Source: Myxococcota bacterium (GTDB lineage: Bacteria; Myxococcota; UBA4151). Taken from it: a stretch of DNA of 64,000 nucleotides. The notes under the pieces were generated by a model. It was not told the origin of the DNA and made no database searches. It worked only from the letters and a program-made list of their open reading frames with translations. Position 1 is the stretch's first letter. Every line of letters starts with the position of its first letter. The stretch covers positions 930-64,929 of the forward strand of contig JAYZBQ010000076.1 in the NCBI GenBank assembly GCA_036338695.1. The letters run 5' to 3'. Below are positions 26,248-35,709 of this stretch, in pieces. Both the position numbers and the translations under genes were made by a program.

Positions 26248-28760
26248 GAGGGACGTCGGCTTCTGCGCCAGCGCTCGTTGAGCGCGAGGACGGCGGGTAG
26301 GGTGAGCAGGTCGGCGAACAGCGCCAGCCCAATGCAGATAGCGGAGAGCCAGCCAAAATCTTTCAGCCCATTAAACTCGCTTGGGATCAGCAACGCAAAG
26401 CCCATGGCGAGCATCATGGTGGTAAAGACGACGGGCCGCCCAGCGTGCAAGATGGTCGCGTGCAAGGCGGGGTCGAAGTCTTGAGTCGCCCGCTCCTGGC
26501 GGAAACGGACGAGGAAGTGGATGGTGTCGTCGACGACCACGCCCATGCACATCGCAAAGATGATGACGGTCGAGATGCGCAGGCTCATGCCCGTCACGGT
26601 CATCACGCCCATCGTCACCACGAGCGGCAGGATGTTGGGGAGCATGGCGACTAGGCCTTGGCGCCATGATCGCAAGACGGCGATAAACATCAGCCCGATC
26701 AGGCCAAACGCGAGCAACAGGCTGCTCATCATGTCGATGACGACCGACTGGACCGCGCGGTTCGCGAGCTTACTGCCCCCTGTCAGGGTACCTGTGATGT
26801 CGCCAGGCCACTGGGCTAAGGTCGCTTCAATCCACTCGATATCGCGCGCAAAAAGCGACGAGCCTGTATCTTTTTTGAGCGCGCTGATGCGCAAGCCGAT
26901 GGCTCGATTAGGCGAGAGCGTCGCTTGCGTCGGGGTCGCTTGAGCGGGGGCGTCCTCTTCGATCCCGAGGTCGTCCTCATCGCCTTCGATCACCATCTCA
27001 TCGTCGCGCGCGTCTCCTTGATGCGCGGCAGCTGCTGCGGGTGCCCGCTCAGCCTCAGGGTCGTCGACGAAGGGTTTCGTCATGGCGTCATCATCGAGGG
27101 TCATAAGGCTTAACAACGCGTCGATCTGGTCCGGCCGCTCTGGCAGCGTCTCTCGGCTTCCGGGCTGCTCGTGAGCCCACAGACCATGAAGGCTCCCGAG
27201 GAGATCGACGACGCTCAGGCTCTTGATCCCAGCCGGGCTGGCGTCGAGGCGCTCTTGCAGCGCGGCGATGCGTCGGAGATTGGACGGCTTGAGGAGCTCG
27301 TTGCGGGGACCCTCGAGCACGATATCAAAGGGCATCGCGCCAGTGAATTGCCGCTCCAAGTCGGTCAGCGCGACCTGCGCCGGGTGGTCTTCTTGGACCT
27401 CCTCGAGCGCACGCGAGAAGGGCTCGAGCTGGCTCGCAAAGACGAGACTGATCACAAAAATGGCGACCGAATACGCCGAGATCAACCCAGGTCGGGCGCG
27501 CACGAACACGCTGACCGCTGGGAGCGCCACGCGATTGAGCCACAAGCGCTCGTTCGAATGGCGCACCTTGGATTGAGGCGGCGCGATCAGCAAGAGCGCC
27601 GGGACCACGCTCAAGGTAAACAACCAGCACAAGGCGATCCCGAGCGCTGCCGACTGACCGTAGGCGCGCACTAGCTCGACGCGTGCGACACTGAGTGAGG
27701 CGAAGCCGATGACCGTGGTCGTGGTGGTTAAGGTGATCGCCGGCAGCATCGCCCGCCAGCCGGTGACCAAGGCTTCAAATGGACTCTGCTGGGCGTCGAG
27801 CCCCTCCTCCACGCGCGCCACTAAGTGGATGGCGTCTCCGATGCCGATGACGAGGATGACGGTCACGGTCGAGAAGTTGATGACGTTGATCGAGCCGCCG
27901 GTGAGCTGCATCAGCCCGAGCCACCACAGGCTCGCAAGCGCCACGCTCAGGAACGGGAGGACGGCGTAGCGAAAGCGGCGAAAAGCGAGCCACAGAAAGA
28001 CCACCATACCCAACCCGACGAGCGGTTGGCGGCTCCAGACCTCATCGCGCATGGTGCGGATGATGTCGTTTTGGATGTAGGGCATCCCGGTGGTTTGAAC
28101 CGTGACGTCCGGATGATCTTGTGTCCAGGCATCGATCTGGTCTCTTAGCGCTTGGAGGTAGCGAGATCGGACGGCATCCGCTCGCAGGTCGCAGTGGACG
28201 CGCGCCAAAATCAGCGTGGCGCGGCCGTCTTCGCTGATCAGTCGCCCTTTGAGCAGGGGGTGACCGAGCAGTTCTCGCTTGGTCTGCTCAGCGGGCCCGA
28301 AACCTTCTTCGCTGTAGAGCGGTTCAATCTGGACACTCTGACCACGCCGCCGGAAGACGTCGGCGGTGTAGAGGCTCTCGACGCGGTCATAGGCTCCGTC
28401 CGGGTTTTCGCCCGGGTCATCACAGCCTTCGGAGCGCTTCAGCAGCAGATCGCCCGGCTCGAAGCTTAGCCCCCGGATGCGTTCGTGGAGTGCACGCAAG
28501 GCGTCAAGGCGCGCCGGCTCAAACCAAGACGCTTCGTCGAGTGACAGCATCACGATGGCGTCGCCGTCGCTCTCGGTGAAGCGTTCTTTGACCCGCTGTA
28601 GGACCTCTTGATCGCGTCCGTCTTGGACAAAGAGTTTATTGACCGTGAAGTCGAACGGGATCTTCAGCGCAGCCGGCGCGATCACCAGCACCGTGAGCGC
28701 GATCACCACGCAGACGGTCACCCATGCCAACAGCTTGGCGCGACGAGATGGTGTACTCAT
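26244..28760 (-). CDS. MMPL/RND-superfamily transporter (two SSD-type 6-TM bundles with periplasmic loops)
   Basis: 838 aa with duplicated topology (TM1 - large loop - TM2-6, twice), the layout typical of MMPL/HpnN-type exporters. Overlaps the OmpA-TSP3 gene end by a few nt. Confidence 0.8.
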   Translation of the reverse strand: MSTPSRRAKLLAWVTVCVVIALTVLVIAPAALKIPFDFTVNKLFVQDGRDQEVLQRVKERFTESDGDAIVMLSLDEASWFEPARLDALRALHERIRGLSFEPGDLLLKRSEGCDDPGENPDGAYDRVESLYTADVFRRRGQSVQIEPLYSEEGFGPAEQTKRELLGHPLLKGRLISEDGRATLILARVHCDLRADAVRSRYLQALRDQIDAWTQDHPDVTVQTTGMPYIQNDIIRTMRDEVWSRQPLVGLGMVVFLWLAFRRFRYAVLPFLSVALASLWWLGLMQLTGGSINVINFSTVTVILVIGIGDAIHLVARVEEGLDAQQSPFEALVTGWRAMLPAITLTTTTTVIGFASLSVARVELVRAYGQSAALGIALCWLFTLSVVPALLLIAPPQSKVRHSNERLWLNRVALPAVSVFVRARPGLISAYSVAIFVISLVFASQLEPFSRALEEVQEDHPAQVALTDLERQFTGAMPFDIVLEGPRNELLKPSNLRRIAALQERLDASPAGIKSLSVVDLLGSLHGLWAHEQPGSRETLPERPDQIDALLSLMTLDDDAMTKPFVDDPEAERAPAAAAAHQGDARDDEMVIEGDEDDLGIEEDAPAQATPTQATLSPNRAIGLRISALKKDTGSSLFARDIEWIEATLAQWPGDITGTLTGGSKLANRAVQSVVIDMMSSLLLAFGLIGLMFIAVLRSWRQGLVAMLPNILPLVVTMGVMTVTGMSLRISTVIIFAMCMGVVVDDTIHFLVRFRQERATQDFDPALHATILHAGRPVVFTTMMLAMGFALLIPSEFNGLKDFGWLSAICIGLALFADLLTLPAVLALNERWRRSRRPS

Positions 28761-28769
28761 CGGGGCGAG

Positions 28770-30581
28770 TTAGCGTTCGATGATTTTGAACTCGACTCGG
28801 CGATTCTTCGCGCGCGCCGAGCGGGTCCGAGCTTTCTCGAGTGGTCGCGTCTCGCCAAAGCCGATCGCGTCGAGCACGTCCGCCGACACGCCTTTGCCCA
28901 CCAAGTAGTCTCGCACGGCGTCGGCACGCTTTTGAGACAAGCGCATGTTGGTGCTGGCGGCGCCGACGTCATCGGTGTGCCCCTCGACGAGGACCTTCTT
29001 GATCTTGTTGGTCACGATCGCGTCTGCGACCTGGTCGAGCATCTCAAAGCTCGCCTTGAGCACCTTCGAGCGGCCGGTCTTAAACCGAACCTTCTGGCTG
29101 ATCTCAATGCGCTCTTTGGTCACTTTGATCAGCGTGTACTTCTTGTCCGGGCAGCCGTCTTCATCGGTCACGCCGTTGATGGTCTCTGGTTGCATCGGGC
29201 ACCGATCATCGACGTCTTTGATCCCGTCCTTGTCGTTGTCTAGGTCCGGGCAGCCGTCTTCATCTTCGAACTGGTCTCGATCCTCTTTATCGTTCGGGCA
29301 CTTGTCGACCTCGTCCTGGTAGCCGTCTTGGTCGTTGTCGAGATCCGGGCAGCCGTCGAGGTCTTCAAACCCGTCGCGATCTTCTGCGACCGTCGGGCAC
29401 TTATCGCTCGCGTCCGGGACCCCGTCGGCGTCATTGTCACGGTCCGGACAGCCGTCGTCGTCCTTGAAGCCGTCCTTGTCCTCGGGATCTGTCGGGCAGC
29501 GATCGTCTTGATCCAAGATCCCATCGTTGTCCGAGTCGGCGTCCTCTTTTTCGGGGCATCCATCGTTGTCTTGGTAGCCGTCAAAGTCTTCGGGCTGGTC
29601 CGGGCATTTGTCCTCATCGTCGAGGAAACCGTCGCCGTCCTTATCGGGTGGCGGGCAGCCCTTGTGTTTGCGCAGACCGCGGATCTCCGGACAGGCGTCG
29701 TCGATGTCCAAGATGCCGTCGTTGTCGGAGTCCTTCTTTGGCACGACGACCTTCTTCGGTCGCTTCGGCTTGGGCGCACACGGGCGCGCCTCTTCACGGG
29801 TTCGCACCGCCAGCGTGCCCGCCTTCTGTGCCGCCGTCTTGGCTTTGAACCAGTGTCCGAGCTTGATCTCGATGCGAGCGAACTCGGCTTGCGCTTCGGC
29901 CTCGGCAAGTGACTTGGGCGCGCAGCGGATGGCGCCGCTGCCGCGCGCCTGCTCGAGGATCTCCTCATAAGCCTTGATCTGCGCAAGGAGTCTCGCCTTT
30001 CCCCCACCGCCGGTGGATTCCGTGGTGGCGATGAGGCGGTTGGCGCGTCGGTCTTCGACCTCTTTGCATAAAACCGGGCGGTCCCAGTAGGTAGCGCTCT
30101 GCGCTAAGCCCGCGAGCTTCCGCAGCTCGGTGCCCACCATCTGCAGACGCTCGCCTGAGCGCTCAACCGCTTCGAGCGCAAGCTGCAGACGTGCCGCACG
30201 CGCACCGCTCGAGCCCGCTTTGGGTGCGAGCCCACGCAGCTGGTCTTGCATCGGCTTGAGGCGGCTCTGCATCGCCTTGACGCCGGACATACCTTTGCTC
30301 AGCTTCTGCAGCGACCCCCGCAGCCCCGGAGGTAGCTCATCGAGCTTTGCGGCGTCGATGTTGAAGCGTTTGTCCTTGATGGTGATGACGCCGCGCAGCG
30401 CGCTCGCCTGGTCGGCGAGGTCATGCAGCGCGCAGGTCGCCTCCTCCATGTCCTCGAGTGGCTCAAGCGCTTTGAAAGCCGCTGCGAAGGGCTCATCGAC
30501 CGCCGGGTCGCCGACGGGTCGATAGGGCGAGACCGTCGTGCACCCTGCGACCACGAGCAGGCAAAGTGACCACCTCACCAT
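28770..30581 (-). CDS. OmpA-family lipoprotein with tandem thrombospondin type-3 (calcium-binding) repeats
   Basis: Lipoprotein signal MVRWSLCLLVVAGC. At least ten DxDxDGxxDxxDxCP repeats. C-terminal OmpA domain (...EGHTDDVGAASTNMRLSQKRADAVRDYL...NRRVEFKII). Confidence 0.85.
   Translation of the reverse strand: MVRWSLCLLVVAGCTTVSPYRPVGDPAVDEPFAAAFKALEPLEDMEEATCALHDLADQASALRGVITIKDKRFNIDAAKLDELPPGLRGSLQKLSKGMSGVKAMQSRLKPMQDQLRGLAPKAGSSGARAARLQLALEAVERSGERLQMVGTELRKLAGLAQSATYWDRPVLCKEVEDRRANRLIATTESTGGGGKARLLAQIKAYEEILEQARGSGAIRCAPKSLAEAEAQAEFARIEIKLGHWFKAKTAAQKAGTLAVRTREEARPCAPKPKRPKKVVVPKKDSDNDGILDIDDACPEIRGLRKHKGCPPPDKDGDGFLDDEDKCPDQPEDFDGYQDNDGCPEKEDADSDNDGILDQDDRCPTDPEDKDGFKDDDGCPDRDNDADGVPDASDKCPTVAEDRDGFEDLDGCPDLDNDQDGYQDEVDKCPNDKEDRDQFEDEDGCPDLDNDKDGIKDVDDRCPMQPETINGVTDEDGCPDKKYTLIKVTKERIEISQKVRFKTGRSKVLKASFEMLDQVADAIVTNKIKKVLVEGHTDDVGAASTNMRLSQKRADAVRDYLVGKGVSADVLDAIGFGETRPLEKARTRSARAKNRRVEFKIIER
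29140..29730. repeat. Tandem imperfect DNA repeats encoding the TSP3 motifs of the OmpA-family gene
   Basis: Recurring (c)cgggcagccgtc(g/t)tcatc... units roughly every 50-100 nt. They are coding repeats, not a CRISPR array. Confidence 0.55.
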
Positions 30582-30907
30582 TCGTAGTTTTCCTTACGCT
30601 TCTTGGGCGCCGCGGGGCGGCTGTGCATACGCCGACGTGTGATGTCGAGCGCCTTGTTGGCGCGAACCAACGCCAAACCGGCGAACTCGCTGGCGAACTG
30701 ATACTCGCTGTGTCCGTCGAGCTCACGCGCCTTGTCCAGGAACAGCTCGGCGCTGTGGTACCAGTACGGCGCAAAGCGTTGCGCGTTGAGCAGTCGCGCC
30801 TCCTCGAGCGCTGCGTCCGCCGAGACGATGTTACTGGTCGCCACGATCGGTCCGCACGCCGCCGCCGAGCCGAAGAGTGAGAAAATGATCAACCAGCGCA
30901 TGAGCAT
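30575..30907 (-). CDS. DUF4398-like small lipoprotein encoded immediately upstream of the OmpA-family gene
   Basis: 110 aa with signal and lipobox LFGSAAAC. Helical, coiled-coil-like (AALEEARLLNAQRFAPYWYHSAELFLDKAREL). The DUF4398-OmpA pairing is a known conserved neighbourhood. Overlaps the OmpA start by 7 nt. Confidence 0.55.
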   Translation of the reverse strand: MLMRWLIIFSLFGSAAACGPIVATSNIVSADAALEEARLLNAQRFAPYWYHSAELFLDKARELDGHSEYQFASEFAGLALVRANKALDITRRRMHSRPAAPKKRKENYEW

Positions 30908-30925
30908 CCTTTGGTTCGCCCCCCT

Positions 30926-32068
30926 TTAGGGGGATTCGACGGGGGTGAGCAAGCCTTCAGAGATAATCCCGAGGTAGGCGTCGTGTAGGACGACGCGTCG
31001 GGGTCCATCGAAGGTCACGGACGGGACGCCCCAACTGTCCGCATAATCCGGCGGCCTCCCTGCGCTCGCTCGTGCGAAGGTCCCCAGCGAGAAGCCGGTG
31101 TCGTTCTCGTCCAAGATGTACACGCTCGTCTGCGGCAGCGCGTCGGCGCCTTCACCCAGCCGCAGCGGGTCGAAGACGAGCACATGGCGCGCTGGGTTAT
31201 CGCGGACATTCTCGATGACGGCGACGGTCCCGTTGAGGATGTAGGAGCCGGCAAAGCGCTGGTCCATCTCGGCACGATAGACGATGCATCGCCCGCAGCC
31301 GCCGCAGCTGGTCGTCGAGCGCCCTCGGAAACACACCATGCGCTCACCGTCTCGGCCGCACCGTGTCTCACCGGTTCCGCATTGATCCAAGCCGCTCGAG
31401 CAGGGCCCACCCGGAGCGCAAAAACGCCCCGAGAACGGGTTGTTCTCATCTTGGATGCAGGGCGCTCGGCAGAACCCGCCGGGCGCGCACCGATGCCCCT
31501 CATAGCAGTCGCCATCGTTTGCGCAGGGCTGGTTGGTGTTGGTGCAGTCGGAGTCGTCGAGGCATTGTTTGGCGTTCGCCGTGATGCGCGTGGCGCAGCC
31601 ACCGCAGACGTTGCGCGGGTGGTCGTCCGGGCAGATCGTTGCGGTGGCGTCCGCGTTGCAGATGACGGTGCCGCAGCCGTGGGCTCCGCAGGTATCACCG
31701 GGCTGCCCGGCGCTGTCGTCGAGCTCCTCGCAGCCGCCGCAGATGTTCGCCTCATCAAAGAAGCACTCAAGGGTCCCCTCAGTCGAGCAGAGGTATTGAC
31801 CGCAGCCGGTCTCACCGCAGGCGTCGCCATAACGGCAGCCCTCTTCCGGACAATCCGGACCGAACTTGACCGTATCTCGCCCGCAGGGGGGCTCTTCGGG
31901 GCCTGAGTCAAAGGCGGGACCGGTGTCAACGACGCCCGCCTCGGGGAGCCCTGCGTCGACCGACGCATCCGGCTGACCCGCATCCACGACCACGCCAGCG
32001 TCCGGCGGTGCAGGGTCCGGGATGCACGCAGCGGTGCACAGCGCAATCCAGCAAACAAATCGATTCAA
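30926..32068 (-). CDS. Secreted Cys-rich lipoprotein (duplicated ICGGC / NVCGGC motifs)
   Basis: Lipobox ALCTAAC. More than 40 Cys with repeated CGGC and DxDC patterns. The C-terminal ~110 aa are Cys-free and look beta-rich. Overlaps the upstream gene stop by 4 nt. Confidence 0.5.
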   Translation of the reverse strand: MNRFVCWIALCTAACIPDPAPPDAGVVVDAGQPDASVDAGLPEAGVVDTGPAFDSGPEEPPCGRDTVKFGPDCPEEGCRYGDACGETGCGQYLCSTEGTLECFFDEANICGGCEELDDSAGQPGDTCGAHGCGTVICNADATATICPDDHPRNVCGGCATRITANAKQCLDDSDCTNTNQPCANDGDCYEGHRCAPGGFCRAPCIQDENNPFSGRFCAPGGPCSSGLDQCGTGETRCGRDGERMVCFRGRSTTSCGGCGRCIVYRAEMDQRFAGSYILNGTVAVIENVRDNPARHVLVFDPLRLGEGADALPQTSVYILDENDTGFSLGTFARASAGRPPDYADSWGVPSVTFDGPRRVVLHDAYLGIISEGLLTPVESP

Positions 32069-32838
32069 GGGCGGTCTCCGTCTTCGCCTGATGAAGACTG
32101 TACATCGGCTGGGCTACTCTTTCCAGCGCCGGGCGACGCGGCGCGGATCCAGCGCAGGGCGCGCAAGCGCACGCCTTTCTCCCGCTCCGAAGTTGGCTGG
32201 AGCAATTCAAGCTCGCGAAGGCTCTTTCTGTCAGCGACGTGCCCGATCGCCAGCCACAGGTTGATGCGGCGGATCTCTGGCGTGTTCGGCTGCTTGAGCT
32301 GTTCCATCCAGTCCGCAATTTGCTCGCCGTTGCCGGCGCGGATGCTTTTTTCGAGCTCGCTGACTGCGGCTGGGCGCTGGTCGGGCGCTTCGAGAGCCGC
32401 TTGGATGGCGTGCTCGACGAGGCTCGGCGCGGCGCGCAATAGGGCGTCCGCATCGGCCGGCCTGGCCAGCGTCAGCACAGCGATGCCCTCCATCCCGCGA
32501 AGGGTGGTCTGCTGATCGCTGCCCACGAGCTCAATGACGGTCCGGCAACCGCAGGACGGTCGTGGCTTGCTGCGGCATCCAAGAATGAGACTCTGCAGCC
32601 TCAGCGAGAGAGGCGAACTTGCGCTCTGCGGTCTCATGACTTCGTTCAGAGTGACCCCGAGTTGGACGTTCAGTTCGGCGGATTCGAGACCGGGCTCGAT
32701 CGCAATTTGACCATCAAACGCTTGCCAGATGAGCTTGGGTGGCAGCGAGGTGGCGCCGCGTTGAAAGAGCAGCCGAGCGGATTGCTGAGGGGTCGTGCAA
32801 GCCGCTCCGGCGCCGGTTAGACTCAAAACGGTTAGCAT
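32065..32838 (-). CDS. Hypothetical lipoprotein, helical-repeat (HEAT/ARM-like); first gene of the envelope operon
   Basis: MLTVLSLTGAGAAC from the ATG at 32838 (the longer ORF to 32916 would overlap the divergent gene). Helical repeats. Confidence 0.4.
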   Translation of the reverse strand: MLTVLSLTGAGAACTTPQQSARLLFQRGATSLPPKLIWQAFDGQIAIEPGLESAELNVQLGVTLNEVMRPQSASSPLSLRLQSLILGCRSKPRPSCGCRTVIELVGSDQQTTLRGMEGIAVLTLARPADADALLRAAPSLVEHAIQAALEAPDQRPAAVSELEKSIRAGNGEQIADWMEQLKQPNTPEIRRINLWLAIGHVADRKSLRELELLQPTSEREKGVRLRALRWIRAASPGAGKSSPADVQSSSGEDGDRP

Positions 32839-32899
32839 CCCAACCGCCGCGCGCCGAAGGACGGGATGGAGGCGTCGCTTGGCGCAGCGAAAAAGGGTT

Positions 32900-33832
32900 A
32901 TGATCCGTCTGCTCATCGTGGTCGCAGTGGTGCTTTCAGTGGGGTCGGCGGGGTATGCCGGCAGCTATCCGGTGCTACGTGACCGCAGCCAGTACGGCTC
33001 GATGCCCGAAGAGCAGCTCGACGCGAGCGTCCAAGGGATTGCCCGGTTTCGAAACCTGCGTCGACGGGTTTTGCGGCACAGCGCGCAGATGCTGGGCGCG
33101 AACTATCGGCCAGACCCGCTTGGCGAGGGCGCAGGCGGAGCCGTCGACACGGACGCTCGGTTTCGGCTCGCTCCGGTCGACTGCGTCACCTTTGTCGAGG
33201 CGTCGCTGGCGATGGCGCTGGCAGGTTCGCTGGAACAAGCCAAGGTCTGGATGGATCGCTTGCGCTATTCCGGCGATGCGGTCCGCTTTGATCAGCGCAA
33301 TCACTTTATGTTGGCGAGCTGGCTACCGCACCTCCAAGAGCTGAACGTCCTAAAGGATATCACCCGCTCGATCGCTGAGCCGACGACGCTCGTTCACGAC
33401 TACGACGCGATGCGCTGGGAGCAGGTGCCCCCTCGGTACCTGCCGCAGCGCTTTGACCAGATGGAGCGTCCGAGCGGTCAGGTCGAGCTGCCTTTGCTCG
33501 ACCTCGACACGCTCGAGGCCAACCTCGACGCGATCCCCACCGGGACCATTTTGTTGCTGGCGCGCGTTCATCGCCCACGGATTCCGGTTCGGATCTCGCA
33601 TTTGGGGTTCATCGTTCACCAAAAGAACGGCCCGACGATATTTCGTCACGCAAGCCAGGAGGGCTGGGGGCGCGTGGTCGACGAGGACCTAATTCGCTAT
33701 CTAAGACGCCTCGATGCGCGCAGCAAATGGGCTCTTCAAGGGGTTAATTTGCAGCTCCCACGCCACCCAAAAAGGTTGCCGAAGCGCCTGATCGAGCCCG
33801 GGACCTTGCCTGATGATGTTGTGCTGCCGTAA
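32900..33832 (+). CDS. Hypothetical secreted protein
   Basis: ATG at 32900 preceded by AAAAAGGG. Signal peptide MIRLLIVVAVVLSVGSAGYA. Contains Cys and His (DCVTFVEASL...HFMLASW) that could form a hydrolase core, but no family is assignable. Confidence 0.45.
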   Translation: MIRLLIVVAVVLSVGSAGYAGSYPVLRDRSQYGSMPEEQLDASVQGIARFRNLRRRVLRHSAQMLGANYRPDPLGEGAGGAVDTDARFRLAPVDCVTFVEASLAMALAGSLEQAKVWMDRLRYSGDAVRFDQRNHFMLASWLPHLQELNVLKDITRSIAEPTTLVHDYDAMRWEQVPPRYLPQRFDQMERPSGQVELPLLDLDTLEANLDAIPTGTILLLARVHRPRIPVRISHLGFIVHQKNGPTIFRHASQEGWGRVVDEDLIRYLRRLDARSKWALQGVNLQLPRHPKRLPKRLIEPGTLPDDVVLP

Positions 33833-33909
33833 GCCTCGACCTTTCGGTTATCGGATTGCGACGAACCGGCGCTCGTGGCAGCGTACCGTTACGTTCAAGG
33901 GAGAATGAG

Positions 33910-35013
33910 ATGCCCCGCCGTTTATGCCTCTATCTCTCCGCGCTGGCTATGGTCACCGCGGGTTGCTCCGACGACGACCAGTTTGGTCGCATCACCTTCG
34001 ACGGCGGCCCCCCGCCCGACGCCGGGCCGGCGCCGAATGACCTACCTATCAACGTGGGCGACCCGTTCACATATCAGGGGATCTCGCGCACACCGAACGG
34101 CTGTGTAGGTGGCTTTATCGACGCGCAATGTGAAGAGCAGGGTAGCTGGTATCTGAACATGACGGTGACCGATAAGGTGCCGGACAAGGCGACGAACGTG
34201 ACCGCAGGGAGCTCGTGCGCTGCGGGTCAGGCCTTGGTCCAGCCCCTGCAGGATCAGTGCGCCTCGTGCCCAGGCGATGACGTCCCGACGCTCCTCAATG
34301 GCGCCTTAGACGCCGACGGGAACCCCGGCCCGCCTCAGGTTTACTGCATCCCCGCCCGCGGCTGGGACAACGTGTACAATCTGCGCGCCATGGCGGAGTA
34401 TCAGATGTCGGTTGAGCACCCTGCGCCCCCCAACCTGGGCAACTCATGGCTCTATAATCTGGCGCCGTGGGACGAGTCGCAGACCGCACCGTTCTCGGGT
34501 GAGAAGAGCTTCCGCACCAACGTTGCGATGCTGCCGCGCGCCTCGAAGACACCGTTCCCGTGGGCGCTCGACCTGAGCAAATGGGACGTGGTGTCCCAAG
34601 AGTTTGTCGACCGCATCCTTGAGCTCGATCCGGAGGCGGATATTCAGCGTCCTGAGGGCGGCGCCTACATGAAGGCGCTCCTGAACTATGACCTCAACGG
34701 CGTCGCCACCCGCCACTCGATCGAGGTTCTGTATCACGAGCGAGGGTATCTCTGTAAGTTCAACGAAGAGCTCGGCGCGCCGGCGCCCGGGTCTGATCGC
34801 CGGATCCGCAATGGTGAAACCGGTGGTATGAACATGCTCATCCAGCTCAAGAAAGATCCCGACACGGCGCTCGGCGTCGACACCATCGATGGTAACGCAT
34901 CGTGTGTATCCGACAGCGACTGCCCGGATCGCTTTAGCTGTCGGGGCGAGCCAAAGCGCTGTCGGCGCTTGCTGCCTAGGTGCTGCATCCCCGGTGTGGG
35001 AGGCTGTCGCTAG
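33910..35013 (+). CDS. Hypothetical Cys-containing lipoprotein
   Basis: ATG at 33910 with AAGGGAGAATGAG upstream. Lipobox LAMVTAGCSDDD. Cys-rich C-terminus (CVSDSDCPDRFSC...RCC). Confidence 0.45.
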   Translation: MPRRLCLYLSALAMVTAGCSDDDQFGRITFDGGPPPDAGPAPNDLPINVGDPFTYQGISRTPNGCVGGFIDAQCEEQGSWYLNMTVTDKVPDKATNVTAGSSCAAGQALVQPLQDQCASCPGDDVPTLLNGALDADGNPGPPQVYCIPARGWDNVYNLRAMAEYQMSVEHPAPPNLGNSWLYNLAPWDESQTAPFSGEKSFRTNVAMLPRASKTPFPWALDLSKWDVVSQEFVDRILELDPEADIQRPEGGAYMKALLNYDLNGVATRHSIEVLYHERGYLCKFNEELGAPAPGSDRRIRNGETGGMNMLIQLKKDPDTALGVDTIDGNASCVSDSDCPDRFSCRGEPKRCRRLLPRCCIPGVGGCR

Positions 35014-35016
35014 CGC

Positions 35017-35709
35017 GTGGCTGGTTCGGATCCCAAACGATGGAGCAGCGGTTCCGCGGAGCTCAGCGCTTGGCGCTCGGTGAGCTTTGATCTCGACGGA
35101 ACCTTTGCCGATACATCGACTGATCTCGCGGACGCGCTCAACACCTTGCGGCTTGAGCTGGGACGTCAGGCGCTGCCGGTACCGGACGTCGCTCGCCACG
35201 TCGGTCGCGGCGCACGCTGGTTGGTCGCCAATTGCATCGACGGCGTCGCCGATGATGCGATCGACGAGCTGGTGCTGCGCTTCCTCGATCATTACGCGGG
35301 CTGCTGTTGTCGAACGACTGCGCCCTATGAGGGGCTTGAGCAGCTCGTACAGACCTTACGTGCTCGAGGCGTGATCGTCTCCATCGCGACCAACAAGCCG
35401 CGGCGGTTTACCGAGTTGATCATCGACGGTTTGGGCTGGGGTGAATGGTTTGACTCGGTGCACTGCGGCGATGACGGCCCCTCAAAGCCAGACCCTGCTA
35501 TGCTCGACGCTGCGATGAAGCACGCCGGGACGGCGCCTCACGAACATCTTCACATCGGCGATACGCCGACCGATGCGCGCGCCGCCGAGAACGCAGGCTG
35601 CTGGTTCACGCCGGTCGCTTGGGGGATGGACGCAGGCGCGGCGCTCAAGACCCTGATGCCGGTTGGCTTTGAGCGCTCGTCTCAGCTCGTCTCCGCCTGG
35701 GGCTCATGA
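35017..35709 (+). CDS. HAD-superfamily phosphatase (phosphoglycolate phosphatase-like)
   Basis: Motif I SFDLDGTFADT, motif III ATNKPRRF and motif IV GDTPTDARAA. Confidence 0.7.
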   Translation: MAGSDPKRWSSGSAELSAWRSVSFDLDGTFADTSTDLADALNTLRLELGRQALPVPDVARHVGRGARWLVANCIDGVADDAIDELVLRFLDHYAGCCCRTTAPYEGLEQLVQTLRARGVIVSIATNKPRRFTELIIDGLGWGEWFDSVHCGDDGPSKPDPAMLDAAMKHAGTAPHEHLHIGDTPTDARAAENAGCWFTPVAWGMDAGAALKTLMPVGFERSSQLVSAWGS

